A DNA stretch of 63,539 nucleotides, the filler included, from Octopus bimaculoides (lineage: Eukaryota), in NCBI RefSeq assembly GCF_001194135.2. It is 5 parts of 4 records of this genome, joined end to end, with 100 filler letters (N's around TTAATTAATTAA, not from the genome) between each part and the next. Parts side by side here need not be neighbours in the genome. Positions count along the whole stretch, not along the records: positions 33,906 to 53,951 come from NC_068982.1; positions 54,052 to 63,539 come from NC_068982.1; 3 more parts are not named here. One strand, given 5' to 3'. The translations under genes and the position numbers were made by a program. Below, one piece after another: positions 51,049 through 63,539 of this stretch (within the stretch, counting starts at the first letter, position 1; every line of letters starts with the position of its first letter). The notes under the pieces were generated by a model, which did not search any database, had not been told where the DNA came from, and saw only the letters and a program-made list of their open reading frames with translations.

Positions 51049-51159
51049 GACCCGCCGAACAAGATTCTGAACGTCTGTCTTTAGAATCTGAGTTCAAATT
51101 CCACCGCTAAGTTACCGGGACGTAAACACACAAATACCAGTTGTCAAGTGGTGACAAAC

Positions 51160-51605
51160 ACATAGACATATTCTTTTACTTGTTTCAGTCATTTGACTGC
51201 TACCATACTGGAACACCGCCTTTAGTCGAACAAATCGACCCCGGGAATTATTCTTTGTATTTATTCTATCAGTCCCTTTTGCCGAACCGTTAAGTTACAG
51301 GTATGTAAACACACCAACATCGGTTATCAAGCGATAGTTGGGAGACAAATACAGACAGACACTTCCTTTAATTTCCGCCTACCAAATCTACTCACAAGGC
51401 TTTGATAGAAGACAATTTCCCAAGGTGCCATGCAGTGGGACTGAACCTGGAACCATATCTTTGGGAAGCAAGCTACTTAGCACACAGCCGTGTGCGTGGT
51501 CCGAGGGTATAGTAGAAGACACTTGCCCAAAGTGCTGCGCAGTGGGACTGAAATCGGAACCATGTAATTGGGAAGTAAGCTTCTTACCACACAGCTACGC
51601 CCCTT
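51160..51605 (-). mobile_element. Composite SINE C + A, with a duplicated A segment
   Basis: C tail complement TTCTTTTACTTGTTTCAGTCATTTGACTG, then A tail complement, then two A head segments. Confidence 0.75.
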
Positions 51606-51999
51606 ATGCGTATAGTGGTCTCTACATTAACAATATGTCACAATTAATGCTCAGGATGGTATGAACAGGAACTGCTTTTTTTTCTCTCAGACAATTGTTT
51701 TGAATGTTTTAAAACTTCCCTTCGAAAAGCACGCACACTGCCTGGACAGTATGTACAGTGATTCCAATAGAAAATGGGCGGGCAAACATTAATGCTGATG
51801 TAAAGTTAAAAACTAATTTTTTTGTTATACTGAACAATTGTCAACTTTCGATCTAATGATGTAATTTAAACGTGTGCCTAATATAATGGACATTATATAT
51901 GTTTGGCTTTTGTTTGAACAAACATTTATTGAGTGCAGTCATAAATGTATTGTTGGTTACAGGCGGTTGGGATAGGCATTGTGTGTCTGCTCTTCTTGA

Positions 52000-52620
52000 T
52001 CTTGTTGGTGGCGGCGGTATTGGTGGTGGTGGTGGTGACAACGCTACTGCAGGTGTTGCTGTTGTAGTGTTTCTAATTGTCGTCGTCGTTGCTATTTTTG
52101 TTGTTCATGGTGGCGATGGTGGTGGCGGTAGTGATAGTGGTGGTGGTAGTGGTGGTGGTGGTCATGTTTGTGATGTCGGTGGTTTTGGTTTTTCTGTTGA
52201 TGGCAGTAACCGTGGTGCTGGTGTTGGTACTGAGGGTGTTATTAGTGGTATTGCTAGTGGTGATACAGTGGAGGTATTGATGTTGGTAGAGTGCTTATAG
52301 CGTCATTAATTGTGGTGGCGATTATGGTGGTGGTGGTGGTAGCCTTTGTTGTGATGTCAGTGGCTTTGGTTGTAGTTTTGGTAGGAGTATTTGTGGTGTT
52401 GTTATCGTTGGTAATAGCAATGATGTTCTTGGTTGCAATGGTGGTAGTGATGTTGTTGGTGGTGGTGGTAGTGTTGGTGGTGGGTGGTGGTGGTGGTGGT
52501 GGTAGTGGTGGTTGGAGGTCGTTGCGATGTATATATGACTGAGGTCGCTGTCGAAGTTTTATCATCGTGTTGGTGTTGGTGATAGTGATATAATGGCAAT
52601 GAGGTGGTAGTGGTTTATGT
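52000..52620. repeat. (GGT/GTT/GAT)n low-complexity tract
   Basis: Degenerate trinucleotide repeats; all overlapping ORFs are homopolymeric. Confidence 0.85.
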
Positions 52621-55294
52621 GTAATAGTATTACTTCAACAACAATGGATGCAACAGCACATCAATGGCTGAGATTATGAAGGTTAATGATCTTCAACTGC
52701 AGCAGTTAAAATGCAATCGTTGTTTAAGTGCATGCTATTTTTATTGGGTTCAGTTAAGTGTAATAATTGTTAACTGCAACAAAGCTTAATAATGCTACTT
52801 TATTTTTTTTATGACAGACATTAAACTTCAGTTCCAAGACGTAAAATGATAAGAGGAGACTTTTCATGACCCTGAATGAATGAAAAGAAGATATATGTTT
52901 CTCGAAATAAAAAAAGGAGAAAACGAAATTATTTTCGTAACAATATTAACACATAAAGTATCTTTAAGTTATGAATAACAAATACAAAACAAGCCTAACT
53001 GATTTTTTTAAAACCAATTTGACTCAAATCTTGTTTCTATAACAAAACAAATGACGAATATATTCCCTAAGGTAATTATTAACCCGCAGATAAACGTTAT
53101 TCTAGAATTTAACATAATAACTAGCAATAGACGTTATGTGAGTTAAATCAGGCTAACGGAAACAAATTTCAAATATATGGCCGGCCAAAATGTTCTAATT
53201 TCGAAACGCAAAACTGTAGAATTAGACAAATACGTTATTGAGCTTATTAGGGACAGTGACATCATCAGCTATTTCATAGACTAATCGAATGTGTAACTCT
53301 TCACCACACCCACTCCTTATACATCAAAGGATAAACAATGTGTAGATTCTGTTTGGTGAGAAAGTGATAGCATCCTGCAACAATCTGACCAGAACCTGAC
53401 AATAGAAGATGGTAATTGATGTCAAAGAGCAGACACCATTTACAACATACACACATAAGCACTCACACGCACGCTACAACAACAACAACAACAACAGCAG
53501 CTGCGGCTACAACAATAACAATACGTTCCTCCTAATGAAATTGATAATTTGGCATTCCGTAGGACAATTTAGAATGAGTCTCTTTGAAGGAGACAGACCA
53601 ATCACAAAGTAATTTACAATCCTCCTCGTGGCCGAAAACAAAGCCAAAAAATATATAATAAAAACAACAACAAAAGATAGAGAGCCTAAAAAAAGTGAAA
53701 GAAAAAAGGAAATACCGTAAAAATGCTCGAATATTTTTTAAATCCCTGCTGCATATTTGCTCTCGAGAAGTTCGGAGTAAGATATTTCGTAAATTCTATA
53801 TTTTTACCTGGATAAATAAACTATGAAAGATCTACACCCAGTGTTTATTTGTCTCCCTTTATCTGTCCCATATATATATATATATATATATGTTTATATA
53901 TATATATATATGTGTTTATATATATATATATGTGTTTATATATATATATATNNNNNNNNNNNNNNNNNNNNNNNNNNNNNNNNNNNNNNNNNNNNTTAAT
54001 TAATTAANNNNNNNNNNNNNNNNNNNNNNNNNNNNNNNNNNNNNNNNNNNNCGGCATCTTGCCAGCAATTACTGTTTCCCCCATGAGGGAAACACACGAT
54101 AGTTTTCAAACGAAGACTATCACACAATAGTTATGACCAGAACACACAAAAACAGTTAATTGAAACTTGCACTTACTGTACAGACGCACTCAAATAACTA
54201 GTAACAATCCAATCTCACGGAGTCGCTACACCGCTAAGCACCTCAACCAGTGTCACACAGACGAAATACCGCTAAGCATTTCGCCTGGCGTTCTAACGTT
54301 TCTGCCAGCTCGCCACTTTGCATTTTGTTTATATTATATAACAACTGATTCGGACTGGTTTTAGAAATTCCTCTGGTGAGGTGAATTAAAATTTGAGATT
54401 TGTAGTGATGCCCTGGAATGTTGTCTTAACAGAGCTTGTGAAACTATCATGGGTGTATTTCACCGAATGTGAAGCAAGGAAGAAATAGGATTACAGTATT
54501 GGCTTATTTTCATCTGCAACATGTTGGTGAGTTTATGAAGCGCGTATTTTCTGTTACTGCTAAAAATGTGAAAGAGATTACTTCTGAGATGAAGAAAGGT
54601 GAATATCAAGATTGGGTTGATGCGGCTCTAGTCAAAGGTTGACTCGCAAACTTATTGCCACAGTTTTCCACCTAGATCGGTGTGCCGTTTCCTGCAGAAG
54701 ATTGGTTCGGAACTCAAACAACTGAAGCAAACCACCAAAGTGATGGCCTTGGTAGCTGATACCGGTTCCAGGTGGTTGTGGCTGACAAGAAACCGTAGAG
54801 AAATCCCTTCAACTGGTGGCGGTTAATTCAGTCTCACCATCTCACTCACATGGAGCGCACATGGAGCGTACAGGCATGTAACACTTAGATACCTGCTGAA
54901 GATAAGGAATTTTTTCCACAGTGCAATGCATTTGGTCGCCATCAAGAGAAGAGATTGCAATATATTTGAGTAACTCTTGCAGGTTCTTATTTCACTTATT
55001 TCTAAGGGAAAAAATCAATTAATTCCATCATTGAAGATAATTCTCCTGGCCATACTACAAGAGCAACAATAATGGTTAGGGGAACCTTTGCTCAAAATTA
55101 TGTTCTTGTCATGCTAGAGTACAAATATGAATTGCTTTGAAAATATTTAAGAATATATTCAACACAATCTTGTAAAATAATACAAGGTTGCTTTCTTCAT
55201 TTTTGTATTTGGTTTCCAAGGATTTGTATGTGAATTCAAGAGTTGAAACAAATTTTGTTGCGTCTTGGAAAAATCATGCTCCAACAATAATAAC

Positions 55295-55516
55295 ACACGC
55301 ATGGGCTCATTTCCGCTTTTATTTTATTGCTGCTCAGTTGGTTAAATATCTAACCGACGGACTAATCAAGCGTTTGTTTAACGTGGTAGCTAAACAATCA
55401 ATGGGATGTTTGTCAGTTGAAGTTCTTTAGTCGCTGTTCACGATCTTTTCAGTAACTTAGTGACTTCCCCTCTCGCTCCAAAGTCTGCTCTGCATCTGTC
55501 TAAGAAGTAGTCTTCT

Positions 55517-55560
<44 letters not shown>

Positions 55561-56308
55561 ATGCTCGTATGTTTGGGTGTGGATGTGCGTTTGCTTAGAA
55601 GAGAAGGTAAAGGCGAGAGTAAGCGAAGGTCTTGTATGTGCGGGTGTGTGCTTGTATGTGCGCGTGAATGTCTGGTTGTGTGTGTGCATTCGTGTGATCT
55701 CTTGTATGTGTCTGTTTGAGAGCGTGTGTGCACTAGCCATCCGTGTCCTCTTNNNNNNNNNNNNNNNNNNNNNNNNNNNNNNNNNNNNNNNNNNNNNNNN
55801 NNNNNNNNNNNNNNNNNNNNNNNNNNNNNNNNNNNNNNNNNNNNNNNNNNNNNNNNNNNNNNNNNNNNNNNNNNNNNNNNNNNNNNNNNNNNNNNNNNNN
55901 NNNNNNNNNNNNNNNNNNNNNNNGCTTATGTGGTCTAGTGTGCACGTTCGTGTAATTGAGTCGGTTCTGTCAGTGTGTTTGCTCGTGTGTGTGTGTGTGC
56001 GTGTGAGTATTTTGTTATGTGTTTTCCAGCATGTGTGAGTGCGTATCTGGCGGTTTTTAATATGTTAGTATTCCGTGTGTGCGCGCGCGCGTGTGTGTGT
56101 GTGTGTGTTCATGTGTACGTATGTGTGTGAGTGTGCTTGTGTTCGTTTGTGGCTGTGCAAGCATGTGTATATTTGTGCGTGCATGTGCTTGCGTATGTCT
56201 CTACTGGTGTGTGTGGTGTGTGTATGTATTTGTACGTGTGTATGTGTGACGTGTGTGTATGTGTATGTGTGGTGTTGTGTGCGTATATGTTTGCGCGGAT
56301 ACATCTAA

Positions 56309-56340
<32 letters not shown>

Positions 56341-56578
56341 ACACACATACAAGCGTGAATGCACAGAAGCATAAGAAGAATTCCCAGACAGACCTCAGTG
56401 CTAAAAGAGAGGTTATTAAGTCACTGAAAAGGTTGCGAACAGCGACAAATGAACTTTGAATAGCAAACAACCGATTCATTGCTTAACCAGCACATTAAAC
56501 AAACGATCGATTAGCAAGTTGAGCAGATATTTAACCAATTGCTTAACAAGAAAGAAGTGGAGATGAACCCGTGCGTGT
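55295..56578. repeat. Long diverged inverted repeat (about 220-bp arms) enclosing TG/CA arrays
   Basis: 55295-55519 aligns with the reverse complement of 56362-56578 (shared blocks TTGGTTAAATATCT, CGTTTGTTTAA, GTCGCTGTTC, CTTTTCAGT.ACTTA, CTTCTGTG). Confidence 0.85.
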
Positions 56579-56672
56579 TGTTTTTTTTTATTGGCGTAAT
56601 GACTCTCTCAAAACACACGATATTATTTCTTATTTATATTGATTGTTTATAAATGTTTACGCAGGTACAAGG

Positions 56673-56732
<60 letters not shown>

Positions 56733-56950
56733 ATTCGCGCAATTCCTCTTGGTCAATTGACGGTAGCGTATCAACTAGAAATTACTGCAGAAATTTTATT
56801 TATTCATTCTATCTTTCTACATTTTAATTATATCTTTCTATTCGATTATGACACAAATACTTAGAATTACCTGAAATATTTTTGGAATAATCATGCTGCA
56901 TTCTAAAGTTTTAGTCGATAGAGAAAATACACTGTGACAATCATTTCTTG

Positions 56951-57356
56951 TATTTACCTCCACCTTAACAAAGTGATAGTATTGTTTTCAGTCGTGTTTG
57001 TTTGTTTGTTTGTTTGTTCGTTTGTTTGACCGTGGACAAGATATCTCAAGAACCGCTGAATGGATTCGAATGAAACTTCAAGGGATGCTTGACCTCTTGA
57101 CTGGCACAAACTGACTAGATTTTGGGATCTATCCGGTACCGGGCAAGGATTCTGGATAACTTTTCCTGTTTTTTTTGTTTTGTTTTTTTTTTTACCTGAT
57201 ATTTGAGAGCGGTCGGGTTCATTTTTAATATTCTCGATTGTGAGAGCAGTCAAGTTTATTTCAGATATTCTCATTTTAAAAATCATCTCTGGCTAATCGT
57301 TGAGAGGACGTTGGTGTTGCCTTGGCGGATGTTTGCGTTCTCTGAGAGCTCTTTTT
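56951..57356 (+). mobile_element. Helentron-associated (HINE/DINE-1-like) non-autonomous element
   Basis: Subterminal inverted repeat ACCTCCACC / CCTTGGCGGATGT, internal (TTTG)n, short 3-prime palindrome (57335-57349) and T-rich end. Confidence 0.65.
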
Positions 57357-57391
57357 TATCTTTAGAGATGAATAATATTTTAATATACATG

Positions 57392-57608
57392 AAAGCGGCG
57401 AGCTGGCAGAATCGTTAAAACACCGGGCAAAATACTTAACGGCATTTCGTCCGTCTTCACGTTCTGAGTTCAAATTCTACCAAGGCCGACTTTGCCTCTC
57501 ATCCTTTCGGAGTTGATGAAACAAGTACCATTTGAACACTGGGGTCGAAGTAATTGATTCATCCCAGCTCCCAAAATGACTGCCCTTGTGACGAAATTTT
57601 AAACCATT
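57392..57608 (+). mobile_element. SINE family B monomer
   Basis: GCGGCGAGCTGGCAGAATCGTT head, GAGTTCAAATTC B box, CATCCTTTCGG...AAGTACCA body. Confidence 0.85.
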
Positions 57609-58045
57609 ATTTTTCTATCTATATATCTTATACTGCATCTCAATAGATTTGATCTGCTAACATCCTCATGAGCTATTCCTGGTGAGGATATAACCCATAA
57701 CTATATAATGTATTATGCTGTATTCAGTTGTATACAGTATTATGTTGAACAGTATTTTTCGAATTGTATTCGAACTCGCAACATTTAATTACACACTACG
57801 GACTTATGGACTGGGCCCCTAATGTCCCCGTATTATTATTATGTTGTTTTTTTCTTCTTTCTTCAAATTTTCTTCCATTTCTCGCCGAGTGTTTTCCGTA
57901 CACTTAGGGCAGAGAAGTTCCTTGTATGCATTCCCAGTTTACACATGCAAATTCACAGGTAAAATATGTATTTAAAAAAAAATTAATAAATAAATAAATT
58001 CATGAATGGACGTTGTTTTCACAGCGATAATGCTCTTCTATTTTA

Positions 58046-58069
58046 TTATTATCATTATTATCATCATCA

Positions 58070-58145
<76 letters not shown>

Positions 58146-58189
58146 CATTATTATTATTATTATTATTGTTGTTGTTGTTGTTGTTGTTG
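58046..58189. repeat. (ATT)n switching to (GTT)n microsatellite
   Basis: Directly visible; runs into a gap. Confidence 0.95.
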
Positions 58190-59053
58190 NNNNNNNNNNN
58201 NNNNNNNNNNNNNNNNNNNNNNNNNNNNNNNNNNNNNNNNNNNNNNNNNNNNNNNNNNNNNNNNNNNNNNNNNNNNNNNNNNNNNNNNNNNNNNNNNNNN
58301 NNNNNNNNNNNNNNNNNNNNNNNNNNNNNNNNNNNNNNNNNNNNNNNNNNNNNNNNNNNNNNNNNNNNNNNNNNNNNNNNNNNNNNNNNNNNNNNNNNNN
58401 NNNNNNNNNNNNNNNNNNNNNNNNNNNNNNNNNNNNNNNNNNNNNNNNNNNNNNNNNNNNNNNNNNNNNNNNNNNNNNNNNNNNNNNNNNNNNNNNNNNN
58501 NNNNNNNNNNNNNNNNNNNNNNNNNNNNNNNNNNNNNNNNNNNNNNNNNNNCGGGAGAAATCAGTACTTGTCAAACTTCGAGAAGGATGAGCTTTGCCAA
58601 GTATAAAACGTCGAAAACACTCCATATGTTATGTCTATTCCACTACCATTCGATGAGGAGCCAGGCTCTGCCATGCCTTAGACAAAACAGAGCACATACA
58701 CGGCTTCTTTGGTATTTTTAATCTCAAAAAACGATTCTCTTAAAATATGCAAACTGTTTTCTCTAATTATATGAAACTTCCCTTCTCATATATATATTCA
58801 ATCACTCCTGACTTACATTCTTCTGCGATTAACTCTGTTCCTGTAATCTGATCTTTACAAGTCTTAGAAGTTTTCTGTCGTTATATAACCTTTTACAAAT
58901 GCATGGGATGTTACATATGTAGTTTTCATCTTCTTGCAATTCACAAGGATGCTACACTTTAGTGAGGAGTCTGTGAAGTGTGAAGAGTAGCATTAATTCT
59001 GAAGACATTTGTGGTTTTGTGTGCGTTGATGATTCTCTGAATTTTCTCAGATA

Positions 59054-59440
59054 TTGTTGTTGGCACTCCGTCGCTTACGACGTCGAGGGTACCTGTTAAT
59101 CTGATCAACGGAACAGCCTGCTCGGGAAATTAACGTGCAAGTGGCTGAGCACTCCACAGACACGTCTACCCTTAACGTAGTTCTCGGGGATATTCAGCGT
59201 GACACAGAGTGTGACAAGGCTGACCACTTTGAAATACAGGTACAACAGAAACAGGAAGAAAGAGTGAGAGAAAGTTGTGGTGATAGAGTACAGCAGGGTT
59301 CGCCACCATCCCCTGCCGGAGCTTCGTGGAGCTTTAGGTGTTTTCGCTCAATAAACACTCACAACGCCCGGTCTGGGAATCGAAACCGCGATCATATGAC
59401 CGCGAGTTCGCTGCCTTAACCACTGGGCCATTGCGTCTCC
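59054..59440 (-). mobile_element. Full-length SINE family D with 13-bp TSD and (CAA)n tail
   Basis: ATTTTCTCAGATA at 59041-59053 and 59441-59453; tRNA-like head with A and B boxes. Confidence 0.92.
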
Positions 59441-62400
59441 ATTTTCTCAGATAAACACACACAAAAGAAAGTAAAGAACTGTACAATTTGGTGTAATATC
59501 TGCTTTTTGCTTTTAGAGTGATTTGCTTGCATGTGTTATGGGACAGACTGGATATTTGTTACTCAATAATTCATTTTTCGGCTAATTTATTTATACGGTA
59601 GAAGCTGATTTACAGGTGTAGGTTAGTTTTAGCCAACGTTATGAGCAATTGACAATTACTTTCTGAATAATTACTCAGTTGCTTTATAAATAAATGCAAT
59701 GAATTTGAACCCACTCAGGTTCCGTGTACTTATTCAGAAATATGACTCATTATATGAATCGAGGATCAAGTTTATCGAAATGTACTGTAGATGCAATTAC
59801 CAAAATAGTTTTCATCTCTGAAGTTGAAGTTGATAATTAGAAACAATATAATTGTATTGAAATTAACTCATCTCAGTCGACTTTTTGACATTTAATTAAC
59901 TTCATAATATTCAATTAATTTTTGATTTTTCTATCAACCTGTAGATTGTCATAGAACTTAAACAAATTGTAGTAATGAGAACCTGACTAATTTAGTCATA
60001 AAAACTAAGCTAAGATTGAATGTTGTTTTGCCGTTGTTCTTTAGCACGCAATCACCCTTGATCAAGCATACCTTTAACTAAAGATATGTTTAGGTACATG
60101 TTGTGGTGTGGCAAGTGATGGCACCACGTAAAAAGCACCCACTTTAGCTCCAGTGAATCATTACGAGTGTGTGTGTGCTTTACCTTGACTAAGCAGTTCT
60201 GTATTGGTCTCCTAAGAGTACCGTGGAGACAAACGGCTCGCCTTAGGCATTTTAAATTCGGTAGAGCTAATCCCTTTCTAGGTCTGACCACAACCGACTT
60301 CTTCCGGAGAAACAGTCAGACAGACAGACAGACAGAATGACAGAAATAAGAGAATAGGTCCCTGTATAGGCTTGATATTATATCTATCGACCACTAAATG
60401 GATGAAAGGAAAGGAAGTAAACCTGATCTCGTCGGGATCCGGAATTATTAGCGCCGTACATACATGCATACATACATGCTCGCATTTGTATATATATATA
60501 TATATAGATAGATAGATAGATAGATAGATAGAAAGATAGATAGGTATGGAACAGGGACAACTGAAGAAGGGAAATATTCTTTATGTTGCATGTCTCATTT
60601 CTCTGTTTTTTTCGTTGTTCTAAAAAAAGTTCGTTTTCTGTCTTCGTCTTTATGTTTTCGTTTCTCATTGTGTCTAACGTTTTTTGTGATGTCCTGTACC
60701 CATATATGCATGTATGTATACATATAGATGTAGGTATGTACATATATGTATGGATATATGCATATATCCATATATTATTTATGTGATATATGTATATACA
60801 TNNNNNNNNNNNNNNNNNNNNNNNNNNNNNNNNNNNNNNNNNNNNNNNNNNNNNNNNNNNNNNNNNNNNNNNNNNNNNNNNNNNNNNNNNNNNNNNNNNN
60901 NNNNNNNNNNNNNNNNNNNNNNNNNNNNNNNNNNNNNNNNNNNNNNNNNNNNNNNNNNNNNNNNNNNNNNNNNNNNNNNNNNNNNNNNNNNNNNNNNNNN
61001 NNNNNNNNNNNNNNNNNNNNNNNNNNNNNNNNNNNNNNNNNNNNNNNNNNNNNNNNNNNNNNNNNNNNNNNNNNNNNNNNNNNNNNNNNNNNNNNNNNNN
61101 NNNNNNNNNNNNNNNNNNNNNNNNNNNNNNNNNNNNNNNNNNNNNNNNNNNNNNNNNNNNNNNNNNNNNNNNNNNNNNNNNNNNNNNNNNNNNNNNNNNN
61201 NNNNNNNNNNNNNNNNNNNNNNNNNNNNNNNNNNNNNNNNNNNNNNNNNNNNNNNNNNNNNNNATATATATATATATATATACGTATATTCACACACACA
61301 CAAGCCTATTCCAATATATATATGTGTGTATATATACACACATACATACGTAAATACACACACACATATATATACACACATACACACACACAAACACACG
61401 TAGATATAGAGAAACACACATTACCAGCCAGAGCTTTGATAAATGTCTTCGCTCTTCATAGACTTCATCATTTCAACTTCTTTTGAACCATAGTGTATCA
61501 ACGACTACATTCTACAATAAATATCCTCCATTTTTAAAGACGGCAGGCTGTGATTTGAAGTATAATTGGTTGCAAATTTTAGGAGGTCAATCGATCACGC
61601 AAAGGCTCCCTTGTTGGTCCGATACCGCAAGCTTATTTTCACCATCTCTCTACACATTCTTGCAATCACTCCATCACCTTAGAATAAATAATAGTCATAG
61701 ATCAAGTTTGTTTGTTTGTTTTTTTTCTTTATTTCATTTCATTTTATTTTGTTTTATTTCACTTTCAGTCATATTGCTGTACTGAGTTTTAAGACTATGC
61801 AAAATAAATAAACATAGAAATAAATACAAAATAAAAAATACAAAACCATACTGTAACCATGTGACAAGGTCCCAATACGTTTCAGAATTTTCACAAAATT
61901 ATTTTGTCTTTATGCATTATTTGTGAATTAATATTTTTGGTTTCTTTTTGTTTTATAACGTCCTCTTCAAATTTTCTTTCGGAAACCCAATTTTTTTTTT
62001 GCTTATTTTCATTCCATTATTATATATCTGAAATTCTTTAGCGTTGGTGTTTGCATGTTTTATTATTTTCCTATTTTGAAATATTGGTTTATTTTTTTGT
62101 AATTTTCATATTCCTTATGATTTTTTTTATTCATAGCTTTTTTTTTCATTTCTTTCCAATTCCTCTACTTTTCTTTCAATTTTTTACTTATTTTATTTTC
62201 AAATTTATTTTTAGNNNNNNNNNNNNNNNNNNNNNNNNNNNNNNNNNNNNNNNNNNNNNNNNNNNNNNNNNNNNNNNNNNNNNNNNNNNNNNNNNNNNNN
62301 NNNNNNNNNNNNNNNNNNNNNNNNNNNNNNNNNNNNNNNNNNNNNNNNNNNNNNNNNNNNNNNNNNNNNNNNNNNNNNNNNNNNNNNNNNNNNNNNNNNN

Positions 62401-63539
62401 NNNNNNNNNNNNNNNNNNNNNNNNNNNNNNNNNNNNNNNNNNNNNNNNNNNNNNNNNNNNNNNNNNNNNNNNNNNNNNNNNNNNNNNNNNNNNNNNNNNN
62501 NNNNNNNNNNNNNNNNNNNNNNNNNNNNNNNNNNNNNNNNNNNNNNNNNNNNNNNNNNNNNNNNNNNNNNNNNNNNNNNNNNNNNNNNNNNNNNNNNNNN
62601 NNNNNNNNNNNNNNNNNNNNNNNNNNNNNNNNNNNNNNNNNNNNNNNNNNNNNNNNNNNNNNNNNNNNNNNNNNNNNNNNNNNNNNNNNNNNNNNNNNNN
62701 NNNNNNNNNNNNNNNNNNNNNNNNNNNNNNNNNNNNNNNNNNNNNNNNNNNNNNNNNNNNNNNNNNNNNNNNNNNNNNNNNNNNNNNNNNNNNNNNNNNN
62801 NNNNNNNNNNNNNNNNNNNNNNNNNNNNNNNNNNNNNNNNNNNNNNNNNNNNNNNNNNNNNNNNNNNNNNNNNNNNNNNNNNNNNNNNNNNNNNNNNNNN
62901 NNNNNNNNNNNNNNNNNNNNNNNNNNNNNNNATATATATATACATATATATATATGCATGTATATATATGTATGCATATATATATATATGCATGTATATA
63001 TATATATGTATGCATATATGCATGTATATATGTATATATATATATATCAGTATGTATGTATTTATGTATGTATGTATGTATGTATGTATGTAGGCAGTTC
63101 ATTCATGAAAGCGAAAAATAAATATTTCCTTTCAAACCAAACGTTTATTTATGAAAATAAAACCTGAAAAATCTTTTATAAGATTACTTACAAAGAAGAA
63201 TAGAGAAAGAAAAAAATTATAAATATACATAAGTGTGTATAGTATATGTGCACACATACAAACACAAACACATACACATATTCACATGCATATGTATAGA
63301 CACAAACACACAAGCATATACATATATACACACGCACATATATAAATATATACATATACACACATATACATATATGTGTGTGTGTGCATACATATATACA
63401 TAAATACGTATGCATCCATATTTATATAAATGCATGCATACATATCTGCATATATTCAAAAAATGCATATACATATATATACATATATATGCGTAGAAAC
63501 ACACCTCCTCTTTTGCTATATATTTATATATATATATAT

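Noticed and set aside
51899-52599. Gly/Val-rich and Thr/Pro-rich mucin-like ORFs
   Set aside because: Open on both strands because of the trinucleotide composition; no splice context.

Overview
AT-rich, microsatellite- and SINE-laden eukaryotic DNA with many N gaps. The repeat landscape looks like an octopus (coleoid cephalopod) genome; this is an inference and no database was searched. Four identical 100-bp spacers (44 N + TTAATTAATTAA + 44 N) show that the window is five separately assembled pieces: 1-17976, 18077-30925, 31026-33805, 33906-53951 and 54052-63539. Piece 2 carries five clear + strand coding exons of the microtubule regulator CLASP (Ser-rich linker into the third TOG-like domain). 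It also holds two candidate neural-type micro-exons with nearby UGCAUG motifs, an intronic H/ACA-snoRNA-like fold and several fold-back elements that would be dsRNA in the pre-mRNA. Piece 3 carries one symmetric (phase 1-1) vWA-domain exon with a degenerate MIDAS site and a Penelope-like GIY-YIG endonuclease remnant. The rest is mostly tRNA-derived SINEs (some composite or nested), Tc1/mariner, piggyBac-like and Helentron-like non-autonomous elements, a LINE relic and simple repeats. Nearly all ORFs in the supplied track are microsatellite or N-gap artefacts. No CRISPR array, rRNA or intact tRNA gene is supported.
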